Below are positions 1 to 12,560 of a stretch of DNA of 64,000 bases, one piece after another. Within the stretch, counting starts at the first letter, position 1. Each line of letters begins with the position of its first letter. The position numbers and the translations under genes are program-made. The DNA is from Heterodontus francisci (lineage: Eukaryota): positions 50,599,192-50,663,191 of the forward strand of contig NC_090384.1 of assembly GCF_036365525.1 (NCBI RefSeq), in the 5' to 3' direction. The notes under the pieces were generated by a model. That model was not told the DNA's origin. It searched no databases and saw only the letters and a list, made by a program, of their open reading frames with translations.

Positions 1-119
1 ATGAGAGTTTTGGGGTGGGGGGGGGGGGGTTGTGACCACTGTACAGTCCTTGTGGAGATGAAGTGCCATCATCAGGGCCTGTTTCAGTGCTGTTTCTCTA
101 AGTCTAAAAAAGTCTAAAT
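1..119 (+). mobile_element. 3' tail of HE1-like SINE or CR1 (truncated by window start)
   Basis: gggcctgtttcagtgctgtttctctaagtctaaa resembles the 3' end of the SINE at 53141-53488. Confidence 0.5.
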
Positions 120-139
120 CACACTGAGGGCATCCTTCA

Positions 140-1400
140 TCGTGTTGTGTGGTAATATCACTGTGCTAAATGGGATAGATTCAGAACAGATCTAACAGCT
201 CAAATCTGGGTATCCATGAGGTGCTGTGGGCATCAGCAGCAGCAGAATTGTATTTCCCCACAATATGTAACCACATGACCTTATTCTGCCATTATCATCA
301 AGCTAGGCGACCAACCCTGGTTCAATGAGGAGTGCTAGCAGCAGCACCAGGCACACCTAAAAATGAGGAGCCAACTTGGTGAAGTTGCAACATAGGACTA
401 CATGCATGCTAAACAGTGGAAGCAGCATGCTATAGACAGAGCTAAGTGATCCTGCAATCAACGAATCGGATCAGAGCTCTGCTGTCCTACAATATCCAGT
501 AGTGAATGGTGATGGACAATTAAACAACTAACGGGTGAATGAGTCTCCACGAGCATCCCCATTTTCAGTGACAGCAGAGCCCCAAAACATGTTGAAAAGA
601 CAAGGCTGAAGCATTGACGACCATCGTCAACCAGAAGTGCTGAGTGGATGATCCATCTCAGCCTCCCTCTTATTTCCTCACTATCACAAAAGCCAATCTT
701 CAGCCAATACGATTCACTCCACGTGATATCAAAGAAAAGACTGAGTGCACTGGTTATAGCAAAGGCTGTGGGCCCCGACAACATCCCAGCTGTAGTGCTG
801 AAGACTTCTGCTCCAGAACTAGCCGCATCTCTAGCCAAGCTGTTCCTACAACACTAACAGGACAAATCCAATCCAGCCAATTACTGCCCCATCAGTGTAA
901 TCTCATTCATCTGCAAAGTGATGGAAGTTGTGGTCGACAGTGCTATCAAGAAGCACTTACTCACCAATATCTTGCTCACTGATATAAAAGCAAAATACTG
1001 CGGATGCTGGAAATCTGAAACAAAAACAAGAAATGCTGGATTCACTCAGCAGGTCTGGCAGCATCTGTGGAAAGAGAAGCAGAGTTAACGTTTCGGGTCA
1101 GTGACCCTTCTTCGGAAGAAGGGTCACTGACCCGAAACGTTAACTCTGCTTCTCTTTCCACAGATGCTGCCAGACCTGCTGAGTGAATCCAGCATTTCTT
1201 GTTTTTGTGTCTTGCTCACTGATGCTCAGTCAGGTTTCTGCCAGGACCGCTCAGCTCCGGAGCTCACTACAACCTTGGTCCAAACATGAACAAAAGAGCT
1301 GAATTCCTGAAGTGATGTGAGAGTGGTTGACCTTGACATCAAAGCAGCATTTGATTGAGTTTGGCATCAAGGAACCCTAACAAAATTGAGGTCAATGAGA
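140..1400 (+). mobile_element. Degenerate LINE family B ORF2 fragment, interrupted by the PLE hairpin at 984-1209
   Basis: Colinear with ~35845-36955 (PIRFTPRDIK, KAVGPDNIPAVVLKT, ttgacatcaaagcagcatttga); many stops and frameshifts. Confidence 0.85.
984..1209. mobile_element. Fold-back (palindromic) insertion of the Penelope-like element 3' end
   Basis: Arms 1020-1113 and 1115-1208 are exact reverse complements; sequence matches PLE 3' ends at 39300-39397 and 57206-57340; flanked by direct repeat TCTTGCTCACTGAT (970-983, 1210-1223). Confidence 0.92.
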
Positions 1401-1669
1401 ATAAGAAGAATGGGCACGGAAGTAAAGAAAGAGCGATTAGGAGGGGGTGATCAAAACCTCAAAGCCATGGGTTTTAAAGAGAGTTTTATTGGAGAGCAGT
1501 GAAGAGGCAAAGGGTTTGGGAAGGAAATTACAGAGAGTAGAGTCAACAGTTTGGTCGGGGGTGGGGAGGCAGGTGTGTGGGGGGGTGGGGGTGGTGGTTG
1601 CGGTGGGGGGGTGGTGGGGGAGGGTGATTGTTCAATGCACAAAAGGCTGTAGTCAAGTAAAGAAAGAAT

Positions 1670-2040
1670 GAAAGATTTGCATTTATTATCTCCTTATCTC
1701 ATTTCTCAGATTGTCTCCAAATGTTTGAAATAGAATGAATTAATTTAAAAGACAGTTGTTGACGTTATGCAGACAAATGCAGCAGCTATGCTGCATACAG
1801 AAGATCCCACAAATAGAAAAGAGATGATTAACCACTTAATCTGTTTTTGGTAGACACATGGAAAACACCCCATTTTCCTTCAAATAAAGTCCAGCTGAAT
1901 AGCTGAATGGATCATTCAAAGACTGGAATCTCTGACAATGCAGCATTCCTCAGAGGTGAGTGTCAGCCTACGTTATACTCTCAAACCCTGCAGTATAGCC
2001 ACAATTTTCTGACACAAAGGCTACCATTATACCAAATGAT
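1670..2040 (-). mobile_element. Degenerate Deu/SacSINE1-like SINE
   Basis: Reverse complement resembles 12119-12560 (aaagatttgcatttat tail, aagatcccacaaatag, ttaatctgttttt). Confidence 0.55.
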
Positions 2041-3194
2041 CCCAGTTGGCCTTAAAATTACATTTTGGCATTTAAAGAAGAACTTATTGCTCATAGTAAG
2101 AGTCTTTCATTGTGCCTGTAAGCAAAGCTTTAATCTAAAATCCCATTATCCTCAAGCAGATGCACTGAGGAGATGGATCTGCCACAGGATTAGCCTTACA
2201 GGACTTTGCAGCTCCCTTAGTGAGAACTGAAATGCCTACATCAGCTCTTCATTACTTAAAATTATTCACATGCGGTACTGAACCAGCGCTGAAGCCTCTT
2301 GACTCACATTGTGAATAAACTGAGCCACCTGATAGGTTTTCTAGGTTAACCTGTGGTTTGGTCAAACTAATTCCAACACAAACATTTGGAAATCCTGCCA
2401 GATTCTCTCACCAACATAGTCTGTTGTTTTTGAGATGCCAGCAGCTGCCCATTAACTTTTGTCATTGCCTGGCTGGAGGTCAGAAACATGCTGGTCGTTT
2501 GGCAATGTAAGTTATGTGCAATGGAAGTGATATACAGAAGAGAAAACTATGGATGGGAATCCTTAGACTTCACTTTTTGTTTCTGTTTGTTGTTTTTTTA
2601 GATGTCAACAGCTGCTTGCTAAATTCTGTATTACACCTCACTATGAGCCAAGAGCATTGCAACAGCTGGGCAGTGTAAATTACAGACATTCACAACAATA
2701 TAGAAGAAGAGAAAAACCTGCAGCAGGGGTCTAGGACATTAACAACATAAATTTCTCCCTGAAAGACCTAAAAAAGGAAATAATTCCAATGTGATGATAC
2801 ATTGAAAACTTTAAAAATCTCAACTAAAATATTAATTACTTGATAACCTGAACAGTGCCATATATATAAATTAAATAAAGATTCACCTAACCTTTAATAA
2901 GTGAATATAAACAAGTATTGTACTGAAACTGCAGAGAATGGCTCATAGTGCTTTCTCTGTTTGACCTTTTGCTATTCAGGGTGAAATTCTCTATAGTGTA
3001 TAGTCCTCTTCATAAGGCTTTTTGTGCACAAGATGACTCACTTCTTGTTTCATGTCATGCATGTTACCGCAACAGATTTTAAAGGTGTTACATTATCTTT
3101 CAAGCAAGGCTATTGAAAAATCAGAAGATTGTAATAGAAATTACAGGGAGTTTTCATAATTTCTTCCAGAGACATTGTTAGCTATTGTGCATAA

Positions 3195-5358
3195 GACGAT
3201 ATAGTAAGGCACTTAGAAAAATTCAAGGTTATCAGGCAGAGTAAGCATGATTTTGTGAAAGGGAAATCATGTCTAACTTGGAGTTCTTTGAAGAAGTAAC
3301 ACCTGCTATGGATAAAGGGGAATCGGTAGATGTACTGTACTTAGATTTCCAGAAGATATCTGATAAGGTGCGACATCAAAAAGTTATCGTGGAAAAATAA
3401 AAGCTCATGGTATAGTGGGTAACATATTGGCATGGATAGATGATTGGCTAGCTAACAGGAAACAGAGAGTAGGCATAAATGGGCCATTTTCTGGTTGGCA
3501 AGATGTAACGAGTGGTGTCCCACAGGCATCAGTGCTGGAGCCTCAAATTTTTCCAATTTATATAAATGACTTGGATAAATGGACTGAAGGTCTGGTTGCT
3601 AAATTTGCTGATGACACAAAGATAGGTAGGAACATAAGTTGTGAAGCGGACATAAAGAGGCTCCAAAGGGATATAGAGAGGTAAAATGAATGGGCAAAGA
3701 TCTGGTAAATGGAGTATAATGTGGGAAAATGTGAAATTGTTCATTTTGGCAGGAAGAATAAAAAGCAAGCATATTATCTAAATGGTGTTATGACCAGGTA
3801 GGAAAGCGGTCTAGGGTTCCCTTTCAGCCTTCACCTGGTCTTACGGTAACAGGATTTAATTTTAAACACACCATGTTTTTAGCTCCCCATTGGTGAATCC
3901 TTGTTCACCTCTTTCCAATTATAAGGCAAAGAAACCAGCACAAACAGGCTTTCTTATGTTTAAAGAAGAAAAGTTGAAATTTATTAAACTTAAACTCTAA
4001 TTCAGTTAATGCCTACAGATGCATGATGCACCCACGCTAGCATGCATACAAGATACACATGCAAATAGAGACAGAAAAGAGCAGGAAAAAAAAGTGGAAA
4101 AGTTTGAGGTAATATCTGAAGAGTTGTTGTTACGGTTCTTTGAGCTCATTGTAGAGTCCTTGATTGTAGGTAGATCTTGCTTTTCGTTGGGGCCCAGTAT
4201 TCTTCTTAAACCTTGTTCGCTGTAGGAGACTTTTCTCTCTTGGTGTTCATGTGTCTTCATTGGATTCAGAGGCTTGTGAGAAAGAGATGGAAGCAGACAG
4301 GTAAAACATCTTCTCAGTCCAGGAGCAAACAGACTTTCTCTCTTCAAACTCTCTGCAGCCAGTTCAGAAGAAAGCCCTGGAACAGCCAGGTAGTCATGTG
4401 ACCAGCTGGTTGAATCAGTCCTGGCCCTTGTGGAGTGTATCCTCCTTAGCAGGCCCTTCAATGTCTGTTAGTATGTAAATGGTTTTTTTCCAGCCATGGC
4501 TGTTCTGTTTAACAAGTCATTTCCTCGTTCCAACAACAGTTAAAAATCAATGTTCATGACAAAATTGATATGCCTCATTCTTGACAGGTGGGGGCCTAGC
4601 ATGACAATGGTGAGAGATTGCAGAGTTTTGAAATGCAGAGGGATCTATGTGTCCTAGTGCACGAATCACAAAAGGTTAGTATGCAGGTTCAGCAAGTAAT
4701 TAGGAAGCTAGTAGAATGTTAACGTTTATTGTGAGGCGAATTGAATACAAAAGGAGGGAGGTTATGCTTCAGTTATACAGGGCATTGGTGAGACCACATC
4801 TGGAGTACTGTGTACAGTATTGGTCTCCTTATTTAAGGAAGGATGTAAATGCTTTGGAAGCAATTCAGAGAATGTTTAAGAGACTAATACCTGGAATGGG
4901 CTGGTTGTCTTATGAAGAAAGGTTGGACAGGCTAGGCTTGTATCTGCTGGAGTTTAAAAGAATAAGAGGTGACTTGATTGAAACATCTAAGATCTTGAGG
5001 GGTCTTGACAAGGTGGATGTGGAAAGGTTCTTTCCCCTTGTGGGAAGATCTAGAAATAGGGGTCACTATTTAAAAATAAGGGGTCGCACATTTAAGACAG
5101 AGATGAAGGGAAATTTTTTTCTCTCAGAGGTTGTGAGTCTTTGGAACTCTCGTCCTCAAAAGGCAGTGGAAGCAGAGTCTTGAAATATTTTAAGGCAGAG
5201 GTAGATAGATTCTTGATAAACAAAGGGGTGAAAGGTTTTCTGGTTAGGCAGGGATGTGGAGTTGAGGTTATAATCAGATCAACCATGATCTTATTGAATG
5301 GTGGAGCAGGCTCGAGGGGCCGAATGGCCTACTCCTGCTCCTAATTCGTATGTTCATA
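3195..5358 (+). mobile_element. CR1-type LINE (family A), 5'-truncated RT and 3' tail, split by a solo LTR
   Basis: ORFs 3415-3684 (SGVPQ..FADDTK) and 4716-5183 (LVRPHLEYCVQYWSP); tail gggccgaatggcctactcctgctcctaattcgtatg. Confidence 0.92.
3786..4606. mobile_element. Solo LTR
   Basis: TGTTATG...CATGACA termini; 4-bp TSD ATGG (3782-3785, 4607-4610); removing it rejoins the CR1 sequence encoding YLNGERLQ. Confidence 0.85.
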
Positions 5359-7854
5359 TGGAAATATATTTGTGCTGTACATTACTGCATGTGATTGTTA
5401 AATTATTTCAAAATTGCTTTATTGAATGTTCAGACTAGCATCCTTCTTTCCCTTTCTCAGTTCCCATTGGCACGCTTCCATCCTGGCTCTTTGCTGGCGC
5501 TCTTCCCCCATTCTTTCTCAGTTTATGTTCCACCACATTTTTTCCACCCCAGTTCCCAGTGGTACTCAGCTCCTCTTCTTCTAATTCATAATGCCCTCTT
5601 CTTTTCTCTTACCTTCAATCTAGGGAGCTAGCCTTTCACAACTTGCCTCTCACCATTGATCCTGACTGCAACCTATTACTGCTGCCATGCAGCATACTGT
5701 GGACAGAAATTCCTGATCTCACAAAACCAATATGTAATCAAGAGTTCACCAGAAGTGTTCAATGTCCTGGAGCAGCAGCAGCAGCATCAGGTAGAAGTCA
5801 GGGTGATGATGAAGGGTGAGTCAGGGAGCAGAGTAGACACATTTTCACAGATTTCACTACAGAAGCACAGTTGTGGTTTTTCAGTAAAACCTCCTTTGCC
5901 CCGAGACAAATGTTTTTACAGTCTGCTTGATATGGTATATTTTTCTGAACTCTGTGGTTAACAAGATAAGCAATTAAATTATTCAGCTCCCTCTGTAAAA
6001 GCCTTCCACAGCATAGCCCAACAAAGACTTTGTAATTTGTATCTTAAAATGTCTACTTTCTAAACATTCCTATTATGCTACATGATTTCCATTGGATTAC
6101 AAATCTGATCATTTTGTCACATATACTTAGCATGCTCAATGATTTTGTTTAAATATTGCTGATAATGAAGACATATTCACTTTCACATCTTTGCATTTAT
6201 GGCCTGAAAATGTATTTGTTATTTGATCACATTCTCCCCTTCCTAAAGCCTCGATCTTTGTAGAATACATTCCCCACTAAAACCATTTTATATAACCCTG
6301 TTCCAATTATACTGAGTAATTGTGCCACTACCTCTGTAGGAAAATAGAAGATATATGTAGGAGTATGATAAAACCACTGACCACCTCCAGGCGCGTATCC
6401 ATTGTCTCTCGAGATAAGGAGGCCCAAAAGGAAAGGATGATAAAAGAGTCATATGAGTGGCAAATGATGGTAGTCTCCTGCAACACAATGGAAAAAAACA
6501 TGATCAGTGAATAATTCCCTGTCATAGATCACAATTTATCATCTTCTGGTATTGAATCATTTACCCCTAATGTTTTGTACTGTGTTGCAGAAGCTTCAAC
6601 ACCCTCCTCTTCTCCAATATTTCCATGTATATATTCCTACATATACTTTTGTTGTTTACAATTTATTCAGTAGCGCCTATGCAACTATGTGGAATCTAAT
6701 TCGAATAATGTTGGGGGGTGGGGAGGGGAGAGTACACATAAATATTGAGAAAACGTCTGAAAGCCAAGATAGCCATCTGAAGACCAGCAGTAATTTGTGA
6801 TTAGGGTCCTTTGGCAGGATTGCTACAAGCAGCCAATACACTTTTGGCTGACCAATTTTTCTCAGCTCCGAACCAATTGCATATGGCAGTTCAACTTAGT
6901 ATATTATCTTTTTAAAAATCTTCCACACTCTCCATTTTTAACTTTTTGTTTTCCCCATTGTTTCCTAAATGCTGAGCCATTTCAGGCTAAAAAGATGTTC
7001 AGACAACTTGCAGTCAGACTTCTGCCAGTGTCAGTCTTGTGCTGGAAGAGTATTTGAGCAGCTCAGATGATACTGTATGGTGAACAACTAAGTTTCTACT
7101 TATTATATTCTTCCTGATGCCATACTCCTGATATCAAGCCGTTGGAAGAATCTCAATTGTCAATCATGTTTTCAGTGGAATTCTTTATCAGATTGCTGAT
7201 AAACATAGGAACAGTACTAGATCATTCAGCCCTTATGTCTGTTCCACCATTCTATCAGATCATTGTTAAACTGTGCCTCAACTCCTGTCTTTGCTCCATA
7301 TTCCTTGATATCCTTATTTATAAAGGTAAAGAATTCATAAATCCTATTGGATGTCTAGTCCCTATAGGAATTGTAATCGTGCTTCTTGTGATTGTTCGAT
7401 GAAAATATGAAAAATCATGTGCTTCTTTGCAGAATTTTGCCATTTTTTGCAGTGACCTGAGTGGGGGCCAGATTGATGAGAACTTGAGAAATGAGAGATG
7501 AAGACAATAGCAAAGAATGGAGAAGGAGGCAGTGGAAGATACAGTGAAATGGAGGAAGAGGAAGCAGAAGAGGAGGAGTAGGAGTAGGAAGAAAAGTAGG
7601 AGAGGGAACATTTATATAGAAAAAGAAAGTTCAAGCTACAGCGAAAGAGGAAGGCAGTGTGATTATCTTTGGATTGCACAGTACAGACACACTGGGCTTT
7701 ATGGTTTCTTTCTGTGTTGTAAACGCTTACACTAAAAAAAAGAGAAATAGGTGAATGGAAAAGCAAACAATCTGCAAAAGGAAGCAATATCAGGAACACT
7801 AACTATTTCCTATGTAATTGAAAACAAAATATGCACAGAAGGAAAAGTGTCCAA

Positions 7855-8226
7855 ATCATTGCTGGCAAGATCAGCCTTTGTTGCCCATCCCTAGATGCCC
7901 TTGACAACTGAATGGCTTGCTAGGCCATTTCAGAGAGCAGTTAAGAGTCAATCCTGTTGCTGTGGGTCTGGAGTCATAAGTCACCCAGACCAATAGATTT
8001 CTTCTTCCCTAAAGGGCATTAGTGAACCAGATGGGTTTTTACAACAATCAATGATAGCTTCCTGGCAGCATTACTGCAACTAGCTTTCAATTCCAGTCTT
8101 TTACTAATTAATTGAATTCAAATTCCACCAGTTGCTGTGGTGGGATTTGAACCCATTTCCCCAGGGCATTAGCCTGGTCCTCTGGATTACTAGTCCAGTG
8201 ACATTATCACTATGCCCTGTCTCTCC
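7855..8226 (-). mobile_element. tRNA-headed SINE sharing body and tail with LINE family B
   Basis: A-box-like GGGCATAGTGA, stem-loop CTGGA-CTAGTAA-TCCAG (8182-8198), B-box GGTTCAAATCCC (8142-8153); body matches 34940-35067; tail matches 44025-44075. Confidence 0.8.
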
Positions 8227-8886
8227 TGATAGCTCATCTTTGGGTGGAGTTGAATCTGGCCCAGACTGGTGTGATCAAAATATATTTTGCCTGTTGTTTG
8301 TAAAGGTCATGTCGGATAAGAATTTGGTATGGGCTTAATCTGGCTGCTGTTGGGCATGAGACCACAGCAAAAATCTGACTCTAATCAGCAATGTAACTTA
8401 TAGGGCCCATAGGATGACAGTATGGGGTTTAAGTATATTGTTGGGATAAAACTTTGATCTTTTCCTTATTGTAGTATGCCTGACCTAGATGCACTTAATG
8501 CTGACACTGGTCGGTTTCATTTCCCCTGTGTACTTTTTTAGCACATTGATTAATACATTCATGTAAATTACTATTTGCACTAACTCAGTTGTTAAGCAAT
8601 TTATTTACCAGTTATTGATGCATTAAAATACTACAGGCAGAAATTTATGCAACTGTGTTAATCAGCACATTACAAATAGTGAAGGAAGAAAGTAAAGGTA
8701 CAGATACCTGAAATGGAAAAGTATTCCACTTCCCAGCACTAATATTACTAGTCTTGGTGTGCAATTAGTGATATAAATGATACCTTTCAAAGTAAGCACA
8801 TTGTATTGGATTAAATTACCTTTTGAGATGTGTTGGTGGGGGAGCATTTTGATGATAGCGACCACAACATGGTACAATTTAAACTT

Positions 8887-11110
8887 GTTATAGAGAAAGA
8901 AATAAGACAAGTTGCAAAAAAAAGGTTTTGGATTGGGGGAGAGTGAATTTTAGTAAAATAAGGCAGGATCTGGCCAAGGTAGACTGGATAGAGTTACTTG
9001 TCGGGAAATCTACAGAAGAGTTTGAGGGGCATTCAAAAAGGAAATGGGCCCAACATGTTCCCTCTAGGGCAATAGGTAGGAGCAACAAGCCCAGAGAACC
9101 ATGGATGACCAGAAACATTCAGGGTACGATGAGAAGGAAAAGAGAGGCTTTTAGCAAATACAAGGAGAGCAAATCTACAGAAGCATTAGTGGAGTACAGA
9201 AAGTGTAGGGTGAGCTTAAGAAAGCAATTAGGAGAGCAAAGAGGGGACATGAGAAAGCTCTGGCTGGTAAAAGTAGGGAAAATCCCAAGATATTCTATAA
9301 GTATATCAATGGGAAGAGGATAACCAGGGAAAGAGTAGGACCCATTAGGGACCAAGGGGGAAATCTGTGGGTGGAGCCAGAGGACGTTGGTAGGGTGTTG
9401 AACAAATACTTCACATCTGTCTTCACCCAAGAGAATGAGGATGTAGCTATGGAACTCAGAGAGAGAGACTGTGAGGTTCTTGAGCAAATTGTCATAGGGA
9501 GTGAGAAGGTATTGGAGGTTTTGGAAGGCTTAAAAGTGGACAGATCTCCTGGTCCAGATGATTTGTGTCCCAGGATGCTGTGGGAGGTGAGGGTGTAGAT
9601 TGCAGGGGCTCTGACCCAAATTTTTAATTCCTCTCAGGCCATGGGGGAGGTGCCAGAGGACTGGAGAACAGCTAATGTGGTCCCACTATTGAAGAAAAGT
9701 TGTAGAGATAAGCCAGGGAACTACAGACCAGTGAGTCTCACATCAGTGGTAGGGAAACTATTGGAGAAAATTCTGAAGGAGAGAATCTATCTCCACTTGG
9801 AGAGGCAAAATTTGATTAGGAATAGTCAGCATGGCTTTGTCAGAGGGAGGTCATGCCTAACAATTTTTTTTTTTGAGCATGTGACCAGGTGTGTAGATGA
9901 GGGTAGTGCAGTTGATGTAGTTTACATGGATTTCAGCAAAGCCTTTGACAAGGTCCCACATGGGATGCTTATCCAGAAAGCAAATGCACATGGGATACAG
10001 GGTAACTTGATAAGGTGGATTCAAAATTGGCTTAGCTGTAGGAGACAGAGAGTGATGACAGACGGCTGTTTTAGTGACTGGAAGCCAGTGTCCAGTGACG
10101 TACCACAGGAATCTGTGCTGGGTCCCCTATTGTTTGTCATTTATATAAACGATGTAGATGACTATGTGGGGGGTAGGATCAGTAAGTTCGCGGATGACAC
10201 AAAGATTGGCTGAGTGGTTAACAGTGAGGTTGAGTGTCTTGGGTTATAGGAAGATATAGACGGGATGGTCAAATGGGCAGAAAAGTGGCAGATGGTATTT
10301 AATGCTGAAAAGTATGAGTTGATGCATTTTGGAAGGAGTAATGTGACACGGAAGTATTCAATGAATGGCCTGCCACTGGGAAGTTCCGATGAACAAAGGG
10401 ACCTTGGCATGTTTGTCCATAGATCTCTGAAGGCAGAAGGGCAGGTTAATAGGGTGGTGAAAAAGGCATATGGGACACTTGCCTTTATCAATCGAGGCAT
10501 AGATTACAAAAGCAGGGAGGTCATGTTGGAGTTGTACAGAACTTTGGTAAGGCCACAGCTGGAGCACTGTGTGCAATTCTGGTCGCCACATTATAGGAAG
10601 GATGTGATTGCACTGGAGGGGGTGCAGAGGCGATTCACCAGGATGTTGTCTGGGATGGAACATTTAAGCTATGAAGGGAGGTTGGATAGGCTTGGGTTGT
10701 TTTCGCTCGAGTAGAGAAGACTGAGGGGTGAACTGATCAAGGTGTACAAGATTATGAGGGGCACGGACAGGGTGGATAGGGAGCAGCTGTTCCCCTTAGT
10801 TGAAGGATCAGTTACAAGGGGACACAAGTTTAAGGTGAGGGGCAGGAGGTTTAAGGGGGATTTGAGGAAGAACTTTTTTACCCAGAGGGTGGTGACGGTC
10901 TAGAATGCCCTGCCTGGGAGGGTGGTAGAGGCAGGTTGCCTCACATCCTTCAAAAAGTACCTGGATGAGCACTTGGCACATCATAACATTCAAGGCCAAG
11001 GGCCGTGCTGGCAAATGGGATTAGGTAGACAGGTCAGGTGTCTTTAATGCATCGGTGCAGACTCGATGGGCCGAAGGGCCTCTTCTGCACTGTATTATTC
11101 TGTGATTCTG
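8887..11110 (+). mobile_element. CR1-type LINE (family A subfamily), 5'-truncated ORF2 and 3' tail
   Basis: ORFs 8928-9323, 9371-9598, 9641-10213 (NYRPVSLTS, DFSKAFDKVPH, FADDTK), 10265-10714; tail ggccgaagggcc...ttctgtgattctg. Confidence 0.93.
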
Positions 11111-11644
11111 GTCATAAATTAACCAGGACATCTAAAACTAGTGAATTACTAAACAGTTTTACCAGAGCAGTTCTTAATATTCAGCATTCAGTAAACACAA
11201 CTTCAACTATTAATGATATTGGTTACAACAGAATAGATGAACTATGAATATACTCAGTTCACCAACCAATAGATTGTCCCTGTTTAATTAAAAACTTATT
11301 TTGCTTTGAGCAACTTTGATTAGATCTCCGCTGTCTGTCTGTTTTGGTGAAAACAGGCCCCAGTCTCACCTCCATAACTGAAGCCTCTCACTCCTGGGGT
11401 TATGTCACTGAATCTATTCTGCATCCTCCGCATGACATTTAACATATTCTGAAAGTAAAATGACCAAATTTTTACAATATTCGAACAGCCTAACAATGTA
11501 TTCATTGGGATAGCACCAGCTCTCTGCTTTTGTATTCTGCAATCCTAATTGTAAAACCTACAATCCTATAAAACTCTTTTAAGCAATATCAAGCTGACCT
11601 CCCATAATTAGATTTGAATTATAAAGTCATCATGGACAGAGAGA

Positions 11645-11955
11645 CAAAGAACAAAGAACAAAGTAAATTACAGCACAGGAACAGGCCCTTCGGCCCTCCA
11701 AGCCTGCACTGATCCAGATCCTCTATGTCGCCTATTTTCGAAGGGTCTGTATCTCTTTTCTTCCTGCCCATTCATGTATTTGTCTAGATACATCTTAAAA
11801 GACGCTATCGTGCCCGCGTCTACCACCTCCGCTGGCAACGCGTTCCAGGCACCCACCACCCTCTGCATAAAGAACTTTCCACGCATATCCCCCCTAAACT
11901 TTTCTCCTCTCACTTTGAACTCGTGACCCCTAGTAATTGAATCCCCCACTCTGGG
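11645..11955 (-). mobile_element. CR1 3' end
   Basis: ORF 11668-11949 TRGHEFKVRGEKFRGDMRGKFF; (acaaaga)n tail repeat. Confidence 0.85.
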
Positions 11956-12118
11956 GGGGATTTTAATGTTTGTTTCCTCCTAAAATGTACCTAATTTCTC
12001 TATTAAATTTTTTCTGACATAGATCTGCTTGATCGATTTGACTTCCTGAAGTCATTTATGGCTGTCTTCACAGTTAAACATCTTCACTATTTTTGCCGCC
12101 TTCAAATTTTGATCTTGC

Positions 12119-12560
12119 ATCAGCTATGGCTCAGTGGGTAGCTCTCTTGCCTCTGAATCTGAGCATTGTGGGTTCATAGTCCCAATGCAGAGAGTTCAGA
12201 GTAAACTCCACTCTAGGGCAGCAATGGAGGGCTGCTGCAGTGTCTGAGGTGCCATCTTTTGGATGAGATGTTTAACTGAGGTCCTGTCTGCCTTTCCGAG
12301 TGGTGGTAAAAGATCCCATGTCACTGTTTGAAGAGCAGGGGTGTTCTCGCTGGTGGCCCGGTCAGTATTTATCCCTCAACCAACATCACTAAAACAGATT
12401 ATCTGGTCATTATCACCTTGCTGTTTGGATCTTGCTGTGCACAAACTGGTGGCCATTTTCTGACATTTTATAAGTGATTACATTTCGTGCTTAATTGGCT
12501 GTAAACGTGCTTTAATACATCTGAGGTTGTGAAAGGTGCTATAGAAATGCAAGTCTTTCA
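12119..12560 (+). mobile_element. Deu-domain SINE (SacSINE1/AmnSINE-like)
   Basis: tRNA-like head tggctcagtgggtagc...gggttcatagtcc; Deu-like core gagatgtttaactgagg...aaaagatcccatg...aaacagattatctggtcatt; L2-type tail aaggtgctatagaaatgcaag. Confidence 0.75.

Noticed and set aside
1555-1625. G-rich tract as a functional G-quadruplex or Pro-rich CDS
   Set aside because: Low-complexity expansion within a decayed L2-like fragment; no further support.
7488-7680. Arg/Lys/Glu-rich ORF resembling a protamine or SR protein
   Set aside because: Low-complexity purine-rich tract with no splice or homology support.
8142-8226. Functional tRNA gene (also 53141-53210, 12119-12185)
   Set aside because: These are SINE heads; no complete cloverleaf acceptor stem, and each is followed by a SINE body.
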